From Parcubacteria group bacterium GW2011_GWA1_56_13 (GTDB lineage: Bacteria > Patescibacteriota > Minisyncoccia > Phycocordibacterales > Phycocordibacteraceae): a stretch of 64,000 nt of DNA. The stretch lies in contig LCRY01000002.1 of the NCBI GenBank assembly GCA_001004905.1, positions 199,251 to 263,250 on the forward strand, given 5' to 3'. Shown here piece by piece: positions 27,887 to 37,342 of this stretch (its first letter is position 1; each line of letters starts with the position of its first letter). The position numbers were made by a program, and so were the translations under genes. Under the pieces are notes generated by a model. The model was given only the letters and a program-made list of their open reading frames with translations. It ran no database searches and had not been told where the DNA came from.

Positions 27887-28855
27887 ATGCAGGCGAAACA
27901 CGAGAGCGTACTTATGAGTGAGGTTCTGCAAGCCCTTGCGGTGCAGCCGGGCGATACGGTCGTGGACGCGACCATCGGAGGAGCGGGACATTTTGCAAAA
28001 ATACTAGCCGCCCTCGGAGAGGGCGGCATCATTATCGGCATTGACGCTGATCCCGGAGCCGTGGAGCGCGGACGCGAAGCGTATGCCGCGGACCGCCGGC
28101 CCGAGAGACCGGTCGCGCATTTGGTAAATGACAATTTCCGCAATCTCGCGCGCATCCTGGAACGGCTCGGCATCGGCTCCGTGAATGCCATAGTGTTCGA
28201 TCTTGGCTGGAGCGGGTACCAGATCGCCGCGCCTCGCGGGTTCTCGTTCTCTGCCGGCGGGGAAGAGCCGCTCCTCATGACATATGGACTGCCTGCGCGG
28301 GCGGGCGAGAGCGGTCCTTCGGCCGGACTCGGGACGGGCCAGACGGCGGCGGACATCGTGAACAGTTTTTCCGAGGCAGAACTAGCCGATCTTATTTTTA
28401 CCTTCGGCGACGAACGTTTCGCGCGAAGCATCGCGCATGCCATCGTGGCCGCGCGCTCTTCGGGACGAATTCTTACGACCGGAGCCCTCGTTGCTGCGAT
28501 ACAGGCGGGCACGCCCGCGTGGTATCAAAGGAAAAAAATCCATCCCGCGACTAAGACCTTTCAGGCGCTTCGCATCGCGGTCAATGACGAGATCGCGGCG
28601 CTCCGAGAGGGGCTCGCCGCCGCCCTTCATTCGCTCGCGCAAGACGGGCGGCTCGTCGTCATTTCCTTCCATAGCATCGAGGATCGTGTCGTGAAAAACA
28701 TACTGCGTGACGCCGTGCGCGCGGGGCTCGGCTCGGTTTCGCCAAAAAAACCGATCGTGCCGGCGCGCTCGGAGATCCTCGCTAATCGCCGCGCCCGCAG
28801 CGCGAAATTGCGCGTATTCAGACGTTCCGCCGCCCCCCTCTCCACGTATGCGTAA
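27887..28855 (+). CDS. rsmH: 16S rRNA m4C1402 methyltransferase
   Basis: H.SVL, DAT.GGAGH, FDLG.S, HPATKTFQALRI.VN.E, SFHSIEDR. Confidence 0.95.
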   Translation: MQAKHESVLMSEVLQALAVQPGDTVVDATIGGAGHFAKILAALGEGGIIIGIDADPGAVERGREAYAADRRPERPVAHLVNDNFRNLARILERLGIGSVNAIVFDLGWSGYQIAAPRGFSFSAGGEEPLLMTYGLPARAGESGPSAGLGTGQTAADIVNSFSEAELADLIFTFGDERFARSIAHAIVAARSSGRILTTGALVAAIQAGTPAWYQRKKIHPATKTFQALRIAVNDEIAALREGLAAALHSLAQDGRLVVISFHSIEDRVVKNILRDAVRAGLGSVSPKKPIVPARSEILANRRARSAKLRVFRRSAAPLSTYA

Positions 28856-29141
28856 CGTTCGCCTCCATATGCCGTTCTCCTTGGTATCGCTTATGGGGGG
28901 TACGGTCGCGGTGCTCGTGGTCGCCTATCTTGCGCTCATTGCCGTTGTTATGAGTTATGCGGCCCTCACCATCGAATTCTCGCAGTCGCTCCGAAATGAC
29001 GAGGCATCGGTTGCCGCCCTTGAAGGTCAGTATCTCGCCGCCGTGGCGCACATCACCGCGCTCGATTACACGGCGGCCGGTTATGCACAGCCCGTCCTCA
29101 AGACATTCGTGAGAGCGAAGAGTGTGACCGCACTGCGCTAG
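28848..29141 (+). CDS. FtsL-like bitopic protein
   Basis: TM + coiled coil between rsmH and ftsI. Confidence 0.6.
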   Translation: MRNVRLHMPFSLVSLMGGTVAVLVVAYLALIAVVMSYAALTIEFSQSLRNDEASVAALEGQYLAAVAHITALDYTAAGYAQPVLKTFVRAKSVTALR

Positions 29142-29146
29142 GGATC

Positions 29147-30901
29147 ATGCGCGCCCAGTTCCGCTCCCGTATCCGTCTCGTTCTCGCATTCCTTATTTTT
29201 GCGGCGCTCGGCATCATCCTGCGCCTTTACTTCGTCCAGATCGTGTACGGCGAAGATTACTCGCGGAAGGCGGACCGGCAATTCTCTTCCGGCGGCGGCG
29301 AGCTCTTCGACCGGGGCTCGATCTACTTCGCCCGCAAGGATGGCGCGCTTATTTCGGCGGCCACGCTCGGTTCCGGATTCCTCGTGGCGATAAATCCGCA
29401 GGTGCTCGCCGATCCTGCAGCCGCTTATTCCGCAATAACGGCCGTTGCCACCACGACGGTGAGTCGCGACGCATTCTTCGCGGCCGCCGCAAAGAAAGCA
29501 CAGGTGTATATCGAGGTCGCCCACCGCCTTTCCGAAACCAGCGGCCAGGCGCTCGCCGCGAAAGCCATTCCCGGCGTGCAGGTGCTCCGCGAACGATGGC
29601 GCCAATACCCGGGCGCAACGCTCGCTTCGCAGACCATAGGCATCGTGTCGTATGGTTCCGGGGACTCGCTCGCCGGACGAACCGGTCTTGAAGCCGTGTA
29701 TGACGGAACGCTCTCACGTTCGGGGGATTCGCTCTATAGGAATTTTTTCGCGGAACTTTTTTCGAACGTAGGGAATTTGTTGGTGAACGCCAGAGATGCG
29801 CGGCACGGTGACATCGTGACGACCATAGAGCCGGAAGTGCAAACGCGGCTCTCGAGCGACCTTGTAAAGCTGACCGAGCGGTATGGGAGCAAGGAATCCG
29901 GCGGCATCATCATGGACCCCGCCACGGGGGCAATCCTGGCTATCGCAAGCCACCCGACCTATGACGGGAACAACCTGCAGAACGTCGATCCCTTGCTCTT
30001 GGGAAATCCGTTCGCGGAGCACATTCATGAATTCGGCTCTATCATGAAGCCTCTCACGATGACGGCGGCGCTTGATGCGGGGGTAGTCACGCCGGAGACG
30101 ACCTATAACGATACGGGATGCATCACGGTCAACACGAGGCAGATATGTAATTGGGACCTGAAGGCGCGCGGCGTCATTCCCATGCGGCAGATCATCATGC
30201 AGTCCCTGAATGTAGGCGCCTCGTGGCTCGCGACGGAGATGGGGCAGGCGACCTTTCGCGGTTATTTCACGAAGCTTTTCGGCGAGAAGACGGGCATAGA
30301 CCTGCCGAACGAAACCGGCGCTCTGTTAGGAAACCTCTCGAAGCCCCAGCAGGTCGGTTTCGACACGGCCGCGTTCGGACAGGGAATCGCGGTAACGCCT
30401 TTGCAAATGATCCGCGCCCTAGGCGCGCTCGCGAACGGAGGCACCATGGTGACGCCGCATCTCGTGAGCGCAGTGCGTCTCAATTCGGGCATCGTGCGCA
30501 CGCTCGACTGGGGCGGGCGCGTGCCGGTCTTTGCGACGAGCTCCGTGCGCGAGACGGTCAGCATGATGGGTGCGCTGAATGATGAGATCCTCTACAATGG
30601 CAAAGCGAAGATACCGACGATGTCGGTGGCGGTGAAAACCGGCACGGCGCAGCTCACCGCTCCGGGCGGCGGCTACTATACGGACCGCTTTTTCCATTCG
30701 TTCGTCGGTTTCTTTCCCTCGTACAGTCCGCGATTCATCATCCTGCTCTACACGAACGACCCGAAAGGCGTACAGTACGCATCCGAAACGCTGGATACCA
30801 CCTTCCTTGACCTTGTGCACTTTCTCATTGACTATTACGCAGTACCGCCCGATCGGGGCCTGTCTGCGCAGGCAGACCTACCGGCCGCCACACGTTTATG
30901 A
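29147..30901 (+). CDS. ftsI: division transpeptidase PBP3
   Basis: RGSIY, SIMK, SLN, FGQGI.VTP, KTGTAQ; dcw synteny. Confidence 0.9.
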   Translation: MRAQFRSRIRLVLAFLIFAALGIILRLYFVQIVYGEDYSRKADRQFSSGGGELFDRGSIYFARKDGALISAATLGSGFLVAINPQVLADPAAAYSAITAVATTTVSRDAFFAAAAKKAQVYIEVAHRLSETSGQALAAKAIPGVQVLRERWRQYPGATLASQTIGIVSYGSGDSLAGRTGLEAVYDGTLSRSGDSLYRNFFAELFSNVGNLLVNARDARHGDIVTTIEPEVQTRLSSDLVKLTERYGSKESGGIIMDPATGAILAIASHPTYDGNNLQNVDPLLLGNPFAEHIHEFGSIMKPLTMTAALDAGVVTPETTYNDTGCITVNTRQICNWDLKARGVIPMRQIIMQSLNVGASWLATEMGQATFRGYFTKLFGEKTGIDLPNETGALLGNLSKPQQVGFDTAAFGQGIAVTPLQMIRALGALANGGTMVTPHLVSAVRLNSGIVRTLDWGGRVPVFATSSVRETVSMMGALNDEILYNGKAKIPTMSVAVKTGTAQLTAPGGGYYTDRFFHSFVGFFPSYSPRFIILLYTNDPKGVQYASETLDTTFLDLVHFLIDYYAVPPDRGLSAQADLPAATRL

Positions 30902-32172
30902 AATCATTCCTAAAAATGATCGTTGCCAATATGCTCGCCATTGTTGCGCGGGCGGTCGTACATCGCTACGCGCCGCGTATCGTGATGGTAACCGGTTCGG
31001 TGGGGAAGAGTTCGACGAAAGATGCGATCGCCGCAGTTCTTGCAAAGCGTTTTTTCGTTCGTAAAAGCGAAAAGAATCTCAATACCGAATTCGGTGTCCC
31101 GTACACCATTCTGGGAGTGAAGGATCCATGGGGGACCTTCTTCGGCTGGGTTTCCGTTATGAAGGCCTCGCTCGCCCTTCTTCTCTTACCCAACCACTAT
31201 CCGAACTTGCTCGTGCTCGAGGTGGGGGCGGACAGGCCCGGCGACCTCGCACGGATACTCTCCATCGCGAACCCGGTCGCAGTAGTGGTGACGCGCCTTC
31301 CGGAGGTCCCGGTGCACGTCGAGGCCTATTCTTCGCCCGAAGCGGTGCGGGAGGAGGAATTCTCTCCCGCCTATTCGCTCAAGAACGGCGAGCCGCTTAT
31401 TCTCTCGGCCGATGATCCCTATGCGCTTGATAGCGCGGTACGGACCTCGGCGCGCATCATTTCATACGGCACCTCGGAGGATTCCATGGTGCGCATAAGC
31501 GATATCGGTTTTTACGAATCGGGAGGAAAGGTTGCCGGTATGCAGGCGACTATCAGCATGAACGGGCAGCAAGAGAATCTGGTCGTGAAGGGTTCGGTAG
31601 GCACGACGCATCTGTTACCGGCCGCGGCCGCGGTTGCCCTCGCGGGAGCGTTTGACATACCGCTTCCCGAAGCCCTCAAAGCACTCGATGGATACGAGCC
31701 GCCGCCGGGCCGCGGCCGCCTTTTTGCAGGGATAAAGGGCTCGATTATTATTGACGATTCATACAACGCTTCGCCCGTCGCAGTCGAGGAAGCACTTTCT
31801 ACGCTGAAGTCATTTCCGCGCGCGAAGAGGCGTATTGCCGTCCTGGGCGACATGCTCGAGCTCGGACGCTATTCGGCGATAGAGCACGATCGCATAGGCG
31901 CTCTCGCGAAGGACTCGGCCGATATTGTGGTCGCCATCGGTGTCCGGACGCGCGCATTCGCCGCCGCGAAGGGGAAAACCGAGGTCATGCTGTTCAATAC
32001 CGCACGCGCGGCGGCGGAAGCTCTTCCTGCACTCATCCGGAAAGATGATGCCATTCTCGTTAAAGGTTCCCAATCCATGCGCACCGAGCGCGTTGTGGAG
32101 GCAATGCTTGCGCATCCTTCGGACGCATTGTTCCTCGTTCGCCAAGAGCGCGAATGGAAGCGAAAGGTATGA
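30898..32172 (+). CDS. murF: UDP-MurNAc-tripeptide--D-Ala-D-Ala ligase
   Basis: VTGSVGKSSTK, DDSYNASP, LGDMLELG, LVKGSQ. Confidence 0.92.
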   Translation: MKSFLKMIVANMLAIVARAVVHRYAPRIVMVTGSVGKSSTKDAIAAVLAKRFFVRKSEKNLNTEFGVPYTILGVKDPWGTFFGWVSVMKASLALLLLPNHYPNLLVLEVGADRPGDLARILSIANPVAVVVTRLPEVPVHVEAYSSPEAVREEEFSPAYSLKNGEPLILSADDPYALDSAVRTSARIISYGTSEDSMVRISDIGFYESGGKVAGMQATISMNGQQENLVVKGSVGTTHLLPAAAAVALAGAFDIPLPEALKALDGYEPPPGRGRLFAGIKGSIIIDDSYNASPVAVEEALSTLKSFPRAKRRIAVLGDMLELGRYSAIEHDRIGALAKDSADIVVAIGVRTRAFAAAKGKTEVMLFNTARAAAEALPALIRKDDAILVKGSQSMRTERVVEAMLAHPSDALFLVRQEREWKRKV

Positions 32173-32306
32173 TTCGTAATCCATATGTATGTAACGAGTG
32201 CGGTCTTAAATACGAATCAGAAGAATTGAAAAATAGATGTGAAGCGTGGTGCAAGGAACACCACAGTTGCAATCTCGAGATAATCGAGCACGCAATCAAG
32301 GATTAG
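32169..32306 (+). CDS. 45-aa Cys/His-rich putative zinc-binding protein
   Basis: MIRNPYVCNECGLKY...CEAWCKEHHSCNLEIIEHAIKD; ATGA overlap with murF. Confidence 0.7.
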   Translation: MIRNPYVCNECGLKYESEELKNRCEAWCKEHHSCNLEIIEHAIKD

Positions 32307-32321
32307 TTATCTTTCGTTTTG

Positions 32322-32393
32322 TGACCTCACGGGGAATCGAACCCCGGTTCCATCCTTGAGAAGGATGTGTCCTAGCCGCTAGACGATGAGGCC
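32322..32393 (-). tRNA. tRNA-Glu (CTC), CCA not encoded
   Basis: GGCCTCA acceptor, GTCTAGCGGCTAGGAC D-arm, CATCC TT CTC AA GGATG, GGTTCGATTCC. Confidence 0.93.
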
Positions 32394-32472
32394 TCGCTCA
32401 CAAGTTACGGCCGAGAGCCGTCAATGTTTTATAACAGAAAAATGCGGAAGTGGAAAGACAAATATAAAAACT

Positions 32473-32498
32473 AACGGCATCCCGTGAGGGATGCCGTT
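32473..32498 (-). terminator. intrinsic terminator
   Basis: AACGGCATCCC/GGGATGCCGTT hairpin with a T-run on the minus strand. Confidence 0.75.
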
Positions 32499-32906
32499 TC
32501 AGGCCTTGAAGGCGAGCTGATGACTGCCGTCCTTCTCTTCGAATACTTCGAGCGGCTTGTCGGCCTTCTTTCCCGCTTTCGCCTTGGCGGAAGTGCGGCC
32601 GGCCGTGACTTTTCCCACCGCTTTGTCCCGGACCTTTTTGCGAGCGCCGTGGGTCCCGAAATACGAACCCATGACCCAGCGATAGTTGTCGCGCTCCCAT
32701 TCCTTGCGGATATGGAATTCGTTCAAAGCGCTCCGCAGCGCCTCTTCGAAGCTGTAGTGCAGTTCCTTGTTCGAGTAGAGCTCGGCTACCTTATACGCCA
32801 AGGTAAACACAAGCTGTTTATTCACCAGCGGACCCTTTCTTCCTTTCCTTTGGCTCTCTTTACGTATCGCGACCCCCAACTGATACAAATTGATGGCGAT
32901 GGCCAC
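32499..32906 (-). CDS. basic hypothetical protein
   Basis: GTG with SD AGGAGG; promoter TTGACA-17-TATATA (32947-32975); terminator after the stop. Confidence 0.7.
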   Translation of the reverse strand: MAIAINLYQLGVAIRKESQRKGRKGPLVNKQLVFTLAYKVAELYSNKELHYSFEEALRSALNEFHIRKEWERDNYRWVMGSYFGTHGARKKVRDKAVGKVTAGRTSAKAKAGKKADKPLEVFEEKDGSHQLAFKA

Positions 32907-32971
32907 TCGTTCCTCCTGCTATCTGGTTGTTCTGTGTCCTGCTGTGTATATACGACAAAGCGAAGCAAGTG

Positions 32972-33214
32972 TCAATGCATTTCCCGTGACTTCTCTTCGA
33001 GCGCCAACACGATGTTTGGATCGGGCGGGAGAACGTCCCCTTCTTCGTTCACGTGGTAGAGCTTCTCGCGCTGGGAGAACTCTTCCTTTTCCAGTGTTTT
33101 CTTATACGCGCGCCGCAGTCCCGCCCGGATGCCTCCTTCTGCGCCCATTTTGGAGAGTTTTTCGGTATCATCCGCCAACTGCGCTTGTCGTACTTTTTCC
33201 GGTTTTCTTTCCAT
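32972..33214 (-). CDS. small charged hypothetical protein
   Basis: 80 aa directly after yqeY; LSKMGAEGG resembles a KGG stress motif. Confidence 0.6.
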   Translation of the reverse strand: MERKPEKVRQAQLADDTEKLSKMGAEGGIRAGLRRAYKKTLEKEEFSQREKLYHVNEEGDVLPPDPNIVLALEEKSREMH

Positions 33215-33224
33215 ACAAGTTACA

Positions 33225-33680
33225 TTAAGAAAGTATAGTATCCACCACCGCTTTCACATCGCCTCCGTCGGCTTTTCCTTTGAGCTCTTTCATGAGCATG
33301 CCGGTGAATTTGCCCGCTTCGGTTTTACCTGAAATGTTCATCTCGGCCATTTTCTTCTTTGCGACGGCGGTTATTTCCTCGCGGCTCATCTGGGCGGGAA
33401 GATAGGACTCAAGAATGGCGAGCTCGGCCTTTTCCGGCTCGGCGAGGTCGTTGCGCGACGCCTTTTCGAATTGTTCAATGGAGTCCTTGCGCTGATTGGC
33501 GGCGCGTTTTAGAACGACGATCGCCTCGTCATCGGTGAGGAGCTCGTCGGGCTTGCGCTTCTTGGCGACGACTTCGTTGGTCATCGCGGTAACGAGCGAG
33601 CGGAGCGTTCGGAGCCGCACTTCATCATGGGCGCGCAGCGCATCGGGAATGGATTTTTTCAGTGTTTCGTGGATAGCCAT
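33225..33680 (-). CDS. GatB/YqeY domain protein
   Basis: KR...QRKDSIEQF....R.DL...E.AE..IL..YLP. Confidence 0.92.
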   Translation of the reverse strand: MAIHETLKKSIPDALRAHDEVRLRTLRSLVTAMTNEVVAKKRKPDELLTDDEAIVVLKRAANQRKDSIEQFEKASRNDLAEPEKAELAILESYLPAQMSREEITAVAKKKMAEMNISGKTEAGKFTGMLMKELKGKADGGDVKAVVDTILS

Positions 33681-33703
33681 GGCCGAAGTATACTATACCT
33701 ACT

Positions 33704-34756
33704 ATGGACACCGCGACCGCCGTCCTCCTTATCGTTTTGCTTTTAGCCACTCAGGGCGTCGTCCTCTATTTTGTTCTGCGCCGCCGCGGATCTCCGCCCG
33801 AACAGAGCGGCCTGGTCCTGCTGCAGCAGCAGATGCAGGAACTGGCCCGCACGCTTGATGCGCGCGTCTCGGAGTCGTCGCGCACGATGCAGGAGAACGC
33901 GCACCGGCAGTTCTCGGAGTCCTCACGGCTCATCAAGGAGATAACGACGGAGCTTACGTCGGTGAAAGAAATCGGCCGTCAGACGCAGACGTACGCCGAA
34001 CAGCTCCAGTCGCTCCAGGACTTGCTCAAGAATCCCAAGCAACGCGGTATCCTCGGTGAGTACTATCTCGAGACGGTATTAAAGAACGTGATGTCGCCTG
34101 AGGATTATCGTATCCAATACATGTTCAAGAACGGCGAGGTGGTGGATGCGGTCATTGTCATCAATAAGAAGCTCGTTCCGGTGGACTCGAAGTTCTCACT
34201 CGATAATTACAACCGTTTCGTAAGCACGCCGGTAGGGACCCCCGAGCGCGCGGCCGCTGAGAAAGTGTTCGTAAACGACCTCAAACTGCGTATCCAGGAG
34301 ACGGCGAAATATATCCGCCCGGAAGAAGATACGATGGATTTCGCCTTCATGTTTATCCCGTCAGAGGGAATTTACTATGACCTTTTAACCAACCAGATAG
34401 GCGGTGGCGAGGACGAAAACCTTATCCAGAGGGCGGCGAGCAAATATAAGGTCATCATCGTTTCGCCCACCTCCTTCCTGGCCTACCTCCAGACGGTGAT
34501 GCAGGGCCTGAAGGCGCTCCAAATCGAGCAGAAAGCCGTTGATATCCAGAAGCGGGTAGGGGAACTGGGGAAGCATATCGGTGCCTACGAGGAGTTCTAC
34601 CGCAAGCTTGGCATCTCACTCAGCACTTCCGTCAGCCATTACAACGCGGGCTACAAGGAGCTCGGCAAGATAGATAAGGACGTGTATCGCATCGCGGAAT
34701 CAAAGATCGGCATCGAACCTGGATTGCTGGACAAGCCGAGCGTAGAATTTGACTAG
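33704..34756 (+). CDS. rmuC: DNA recombination protein RmuC
   Basis: K.RG.LGE..L, VDSKF, KYI.P..T.DFA.MFIPSEG, SPTS. Confidence 0.92.
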   Translation: MDTATAVLLIVLLLATQGVVLYFVLRRRGSPPEQSGLVLLQQQMQELARTLDARVSESSRTMQENAHRQFSESSRLIKEITTELTSVKEIGRQTQTYAEQLQSLQDLLKNPKQRGILGEYYLETVLKNVMSPEDYRIQYMFKNGEVVDAVIVINKKLVPVDSKFSLDNYNRFVSTPVGTPERAAAEKVFVNDLKLRIQETAKYIRPEEDTMDFAFMFIPSEGIYYDLLTNQIGGGEDENLIQRAASKYKVIIVSPTSFLAYLQTVMQGLKALQIEQKAVDIQKRVGELGKHIGAYEEFYRKLGISLSTSVSHYNAGYKELGKIDKDVYRIAESKIGIEPGLLDKPSVEFD

Positions 34757-34808
34757 AATAACGAAGTGATGTATAGTGGGTCTCGGTATTTCGACAAAGG
34801 GAGGTGGT

Positions 34809-34997
34809 ATGACCACGTACATCGTTGCATACGCAGGGGCTGTTCTTCTGTTCGGCATCGGTCTTTGCTTCGTGTTTCTCGCGGGCCGATGCTGGCAGCA
34901 TGTGGATGGTCGCACCGGGAGCGCTGTCTGCATGCTGCTTGCCGTGAGCATGCTTTGGGGCTCGCTTTTCTCACTTCCGGCTGCGACGTGCCAGTGA
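34809..34997 (+). CDS. 62-aa two-TM small protein
   Basis: Promoter TTGACT-17-TATAGT (34749-34777), SD AGGGAGG. Confidence 0.6.
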   Translation: MTTYIVAYAGAVLLFGIGLCFVFLAGRCWQHVDGRTGSAVCMLLAVSMLWGSLFSLPAATCQ

Positions 34998-35081
34998 GGG
35001 AGCCGGGGAAACGTGCGACACAAGACGGGTCTTTCGATCCGTCTTGTCTTTTTGCCAGTTAGATGCTACAGTCACGAGACT

Positions 35082-35399
35082 ATGGAAGTGGCCGTAATTA
35101 AGACCGGCGGGAAGCAGTATGTCGTCCAGAAGGGCGACACGATCGTTATTGAGAAGCTCCCGGGGGATTTGAAAAAAGGTGACACGGTTGTATTTGGCGA
35201 GGTGCTCCTCGTCGACAACGGCTCGGACACGACCATCGGCGCGCCCGCTATCAAGGGTGCGGAGGTCAAGGGCACCGTTGTTCTCGCCGGATTGGATAAG
35301 AAAGTCGAGGTGGTGAAATACAAGCCGAAAAGCCGCTACTATAAGCGCAAAGGCCATCGCCAGCCGATCCTGAAAGTGAAGATCGATTCGATTTCTTAA
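35082..35399 (+). CDS. rplU: 50S ribosomal protein L21
   Basis: AVIKTGGKQY.V, GHRQP. Confidence 0.97.
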   Translation: MEVAVIKTGGKQYVVQKGDTIVIEKLPGDLKKGDTVVFGEVLLVDNGSDTTIGAPAIKGAEVKGTVVLAGLDKKVEVVKYKPKSRYYKRKGHRQPILKVKIDSIS

Positions 35400-35482
35400 A
35401 CTCCTTACATTCTTCGAGAACGGACTTCGTTACAAGGGCTTTTTGCCTTTATCTTTCATTTTATTTATCTAGCAGAAACAAT

Positions 35483-36835
35483 ATGCAAATAGGGCGTTGG
35501 AATCATCAATCAGCAGGGAATCATTCGGGATCTTCAGGGAGTTCGCATGGCGGACGCCCGTATTCGCCGCGCCCACATGAGAAAGGCGCGGACGCTTTTT
35601 CGCAAGGGAAGCCGTCGCGGGGCGGCCGGGCGAGCCGCTTCCCATCGCGGGGCGGTTACGGCAGCCGAGGCGGTTATCGCGGACGGGGTGGCGTACGTCG
35701 CGGCGGTTTCGGCTCGTTCGGGCAGACGGAAGCCGAGATATCGAAATTCATGAACAAAACGGTCGTCACGACCGAGGAGCCGGTATTCGTGCCCGAACAC
35801 ACATTCTCCGACTTCGACATCAACGAGCATCTGAAAAAGAACATACTTGCGCGCAAGTACGAGCTTCCGACTCCCATTCAGGACAAGGCCATTCCGCACG
35901 CGCTTCTCGGACAGGACGTGGTCGGCCTCGCAGAAACCGGAACAGGGAAGACGGCGGCGTTCCTCATTCCGCTCATTGACAAGGTTATGAAGCAAAAAGG
36001 CGAGCGTATCCTCGTTATGGCGCCGACGCGCGAGCTTGCCGTGCAGATAGAAAAAGAACTTGCCGGCTTCGCACGGGGACTCGGCTTCCGTGGCATGGTG
36101 GCGGTGGGCGGGGCGAATATCGGCCCGCAGATCTCCCAACTGAAGCACGAACCGGCATTCGTCATCGGCACGCCCGGACGGCTCAAGGACCTGATGGAGC
36201 GCCGTGCGCTGAATCTGTCCGGTTTTGGGACCGTTGTGCTCGACGAAGCGGACCGAATGCTCGACATGGGGTTCATTGATGACATGCGCTTTATATTGGG
36301 AAAGATGCGCAAGGAGCGTCATACGCTTTTCTTCTCGGCAACGATGTCGAAGGACATCGAGCGGCTCATCGGCGACTTCCTCACGAGTCCCGTTGTCATT
36401 TCGGTAAAGAAACGCGACACTCCTTCAAGCGTTGATCAGGATGTCGTTCGCATTCCGTCCGGAAAAGATAAATTCGAGGTACTAGCTGAAATGCTGAAAG
36501 ACCGGGCATTCAGCCGCGTACTCGTCTTCGGGCGCACCAAGTTCGGGGTAGAGAAACTTGCGAAAGCGCTTTCTCGCCGGCATATTCACGCCGAGAGTAT
36601 CCATGGCAACAAGACCCATGGTGCCCGCATACGCGCACTCGAGGCCTTCAAGAGCGGAAAAGTGAGCGTGCTCGTGGCGACCGATGTGGCTGCGCGGGGT
36701 CTCGACATTCCGGCCGTTTCGCATGTCATCAACTATGACCTGCCTTCGACGTACGAGGACTATATTCACCGCATCGGCCGCACCGGCCGGGCCACGCTCA
36801 AAGGCAAGGCGCTGACGTTCGTGCAAGGCCGCTAA
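35483..36835 (+). CDS. DEAD-box RNA helicase with RGG-rich N-terminus
   Basis: Q motif, AETGTGKT, PTRELA, DEAD, SAT, HRIGRTGR. Confidence 0.95.
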   Translation: MQIGRWNHQSAGNHSGSSGSSHGGRPYSPRPHEKGADAFSQGKPSRGGRASRFPSRGGYGSRGGYRGRGGVRRGGFGSFGQTEAEISKFMNKTVVTTEEPVFVPEHTFSDFDINEHLKKNILARKYELPTPIQDKAIPHALLGQDVVGLAETGTGKTAAFLIPLIDKVMKQKGERILVMAPTRELAVQIEKELAGFARGLGFRGMVAVGGANIGPQISQLKHEPAFVIGTPGRLKDLMERRALNLSGFGTVVLDEADRMLDMGFIDDMRFILGKMRKERHTLFFSATMSKDIERLIGDFLTSPVVISVKKRDTPSSVDQDVVRIPSGKDKFEVLAEMLKDRAFSRVLVFGRTKFGVEKLAKALSRRHIHAESIHGNKTHGARIRALEAFKSGKVSVLVATDVAARGLDIPAVSHVINYDLPSTYEDYIHRIGRTGRATLKGKALTFVQGR

Positions 36836-36856
36836 TACCCAAGAACACCAATCAGC

Positions 36857-36890
36857 AAAATGGCCACTTCGAAGTGGCCATTTTCGTTTT
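36857..36890 (+). terminator. intrinsic terminator
   Basis: 28-bp perfect palindrome AAAATGGCCACTTCGAAGTGGCCATTTT followed by a T-rich tail. Confidence 0.8.
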
Positions 36891-37306
36891 TCTTCAAAAC
36901 TTTCATAACACTTGGTAAAACGAGAATAATTTTTACTTTATAAATTTTAAATTCAATCTGTCATTTGAACCTTGAAAACAAAGGATTTCTTGTCTCGGAT
37001 AAGCGTGATTCAAATTCTATCAGCAAATGGTCTTTGCAAGAATTATTTAATAAAGATGACTACATCGTTGTTCTTATCAGGTGATGTATGCCCAGAATTA
37101 GTGAATCAATGGAGCGTGTAGACGCTTTATTAGGGCATATTTACTCATATTTCTGCCTATTCTCATAAATGGACCGCCTGCGGATCAAAAAGCGGTCAGC
37201 CAAGCAACTCTCCGGCAGAGGCCTCGCCATGTTCAAGATTTGATCCGAGATGCCAAATCTTGGTGACAAAAACTTATCCACTTATCAGATTTATAGAAAA
37301 TGGAAA

Positions 37307-37327
37307 TAATCAGTTACTATCTGATTA
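37307..37327 (+). promoter_or_regulatory. candidate operator centred on the -10 of the giant gene
   Basis: TAATCAG-ttactat-CTGATTA palindrome enclosing TACTAT. Confidence 0.4.
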
Positions 37328-37342
37328 GTTTCGGTATCGGCA

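Noticed and set aside
37274-37282. TTATCCACT DnaA-box-like site in an AT-rich gap as oriC
   Set aside because: A single mismatched box, with no cluster and no dnaA/dnaN nearby.
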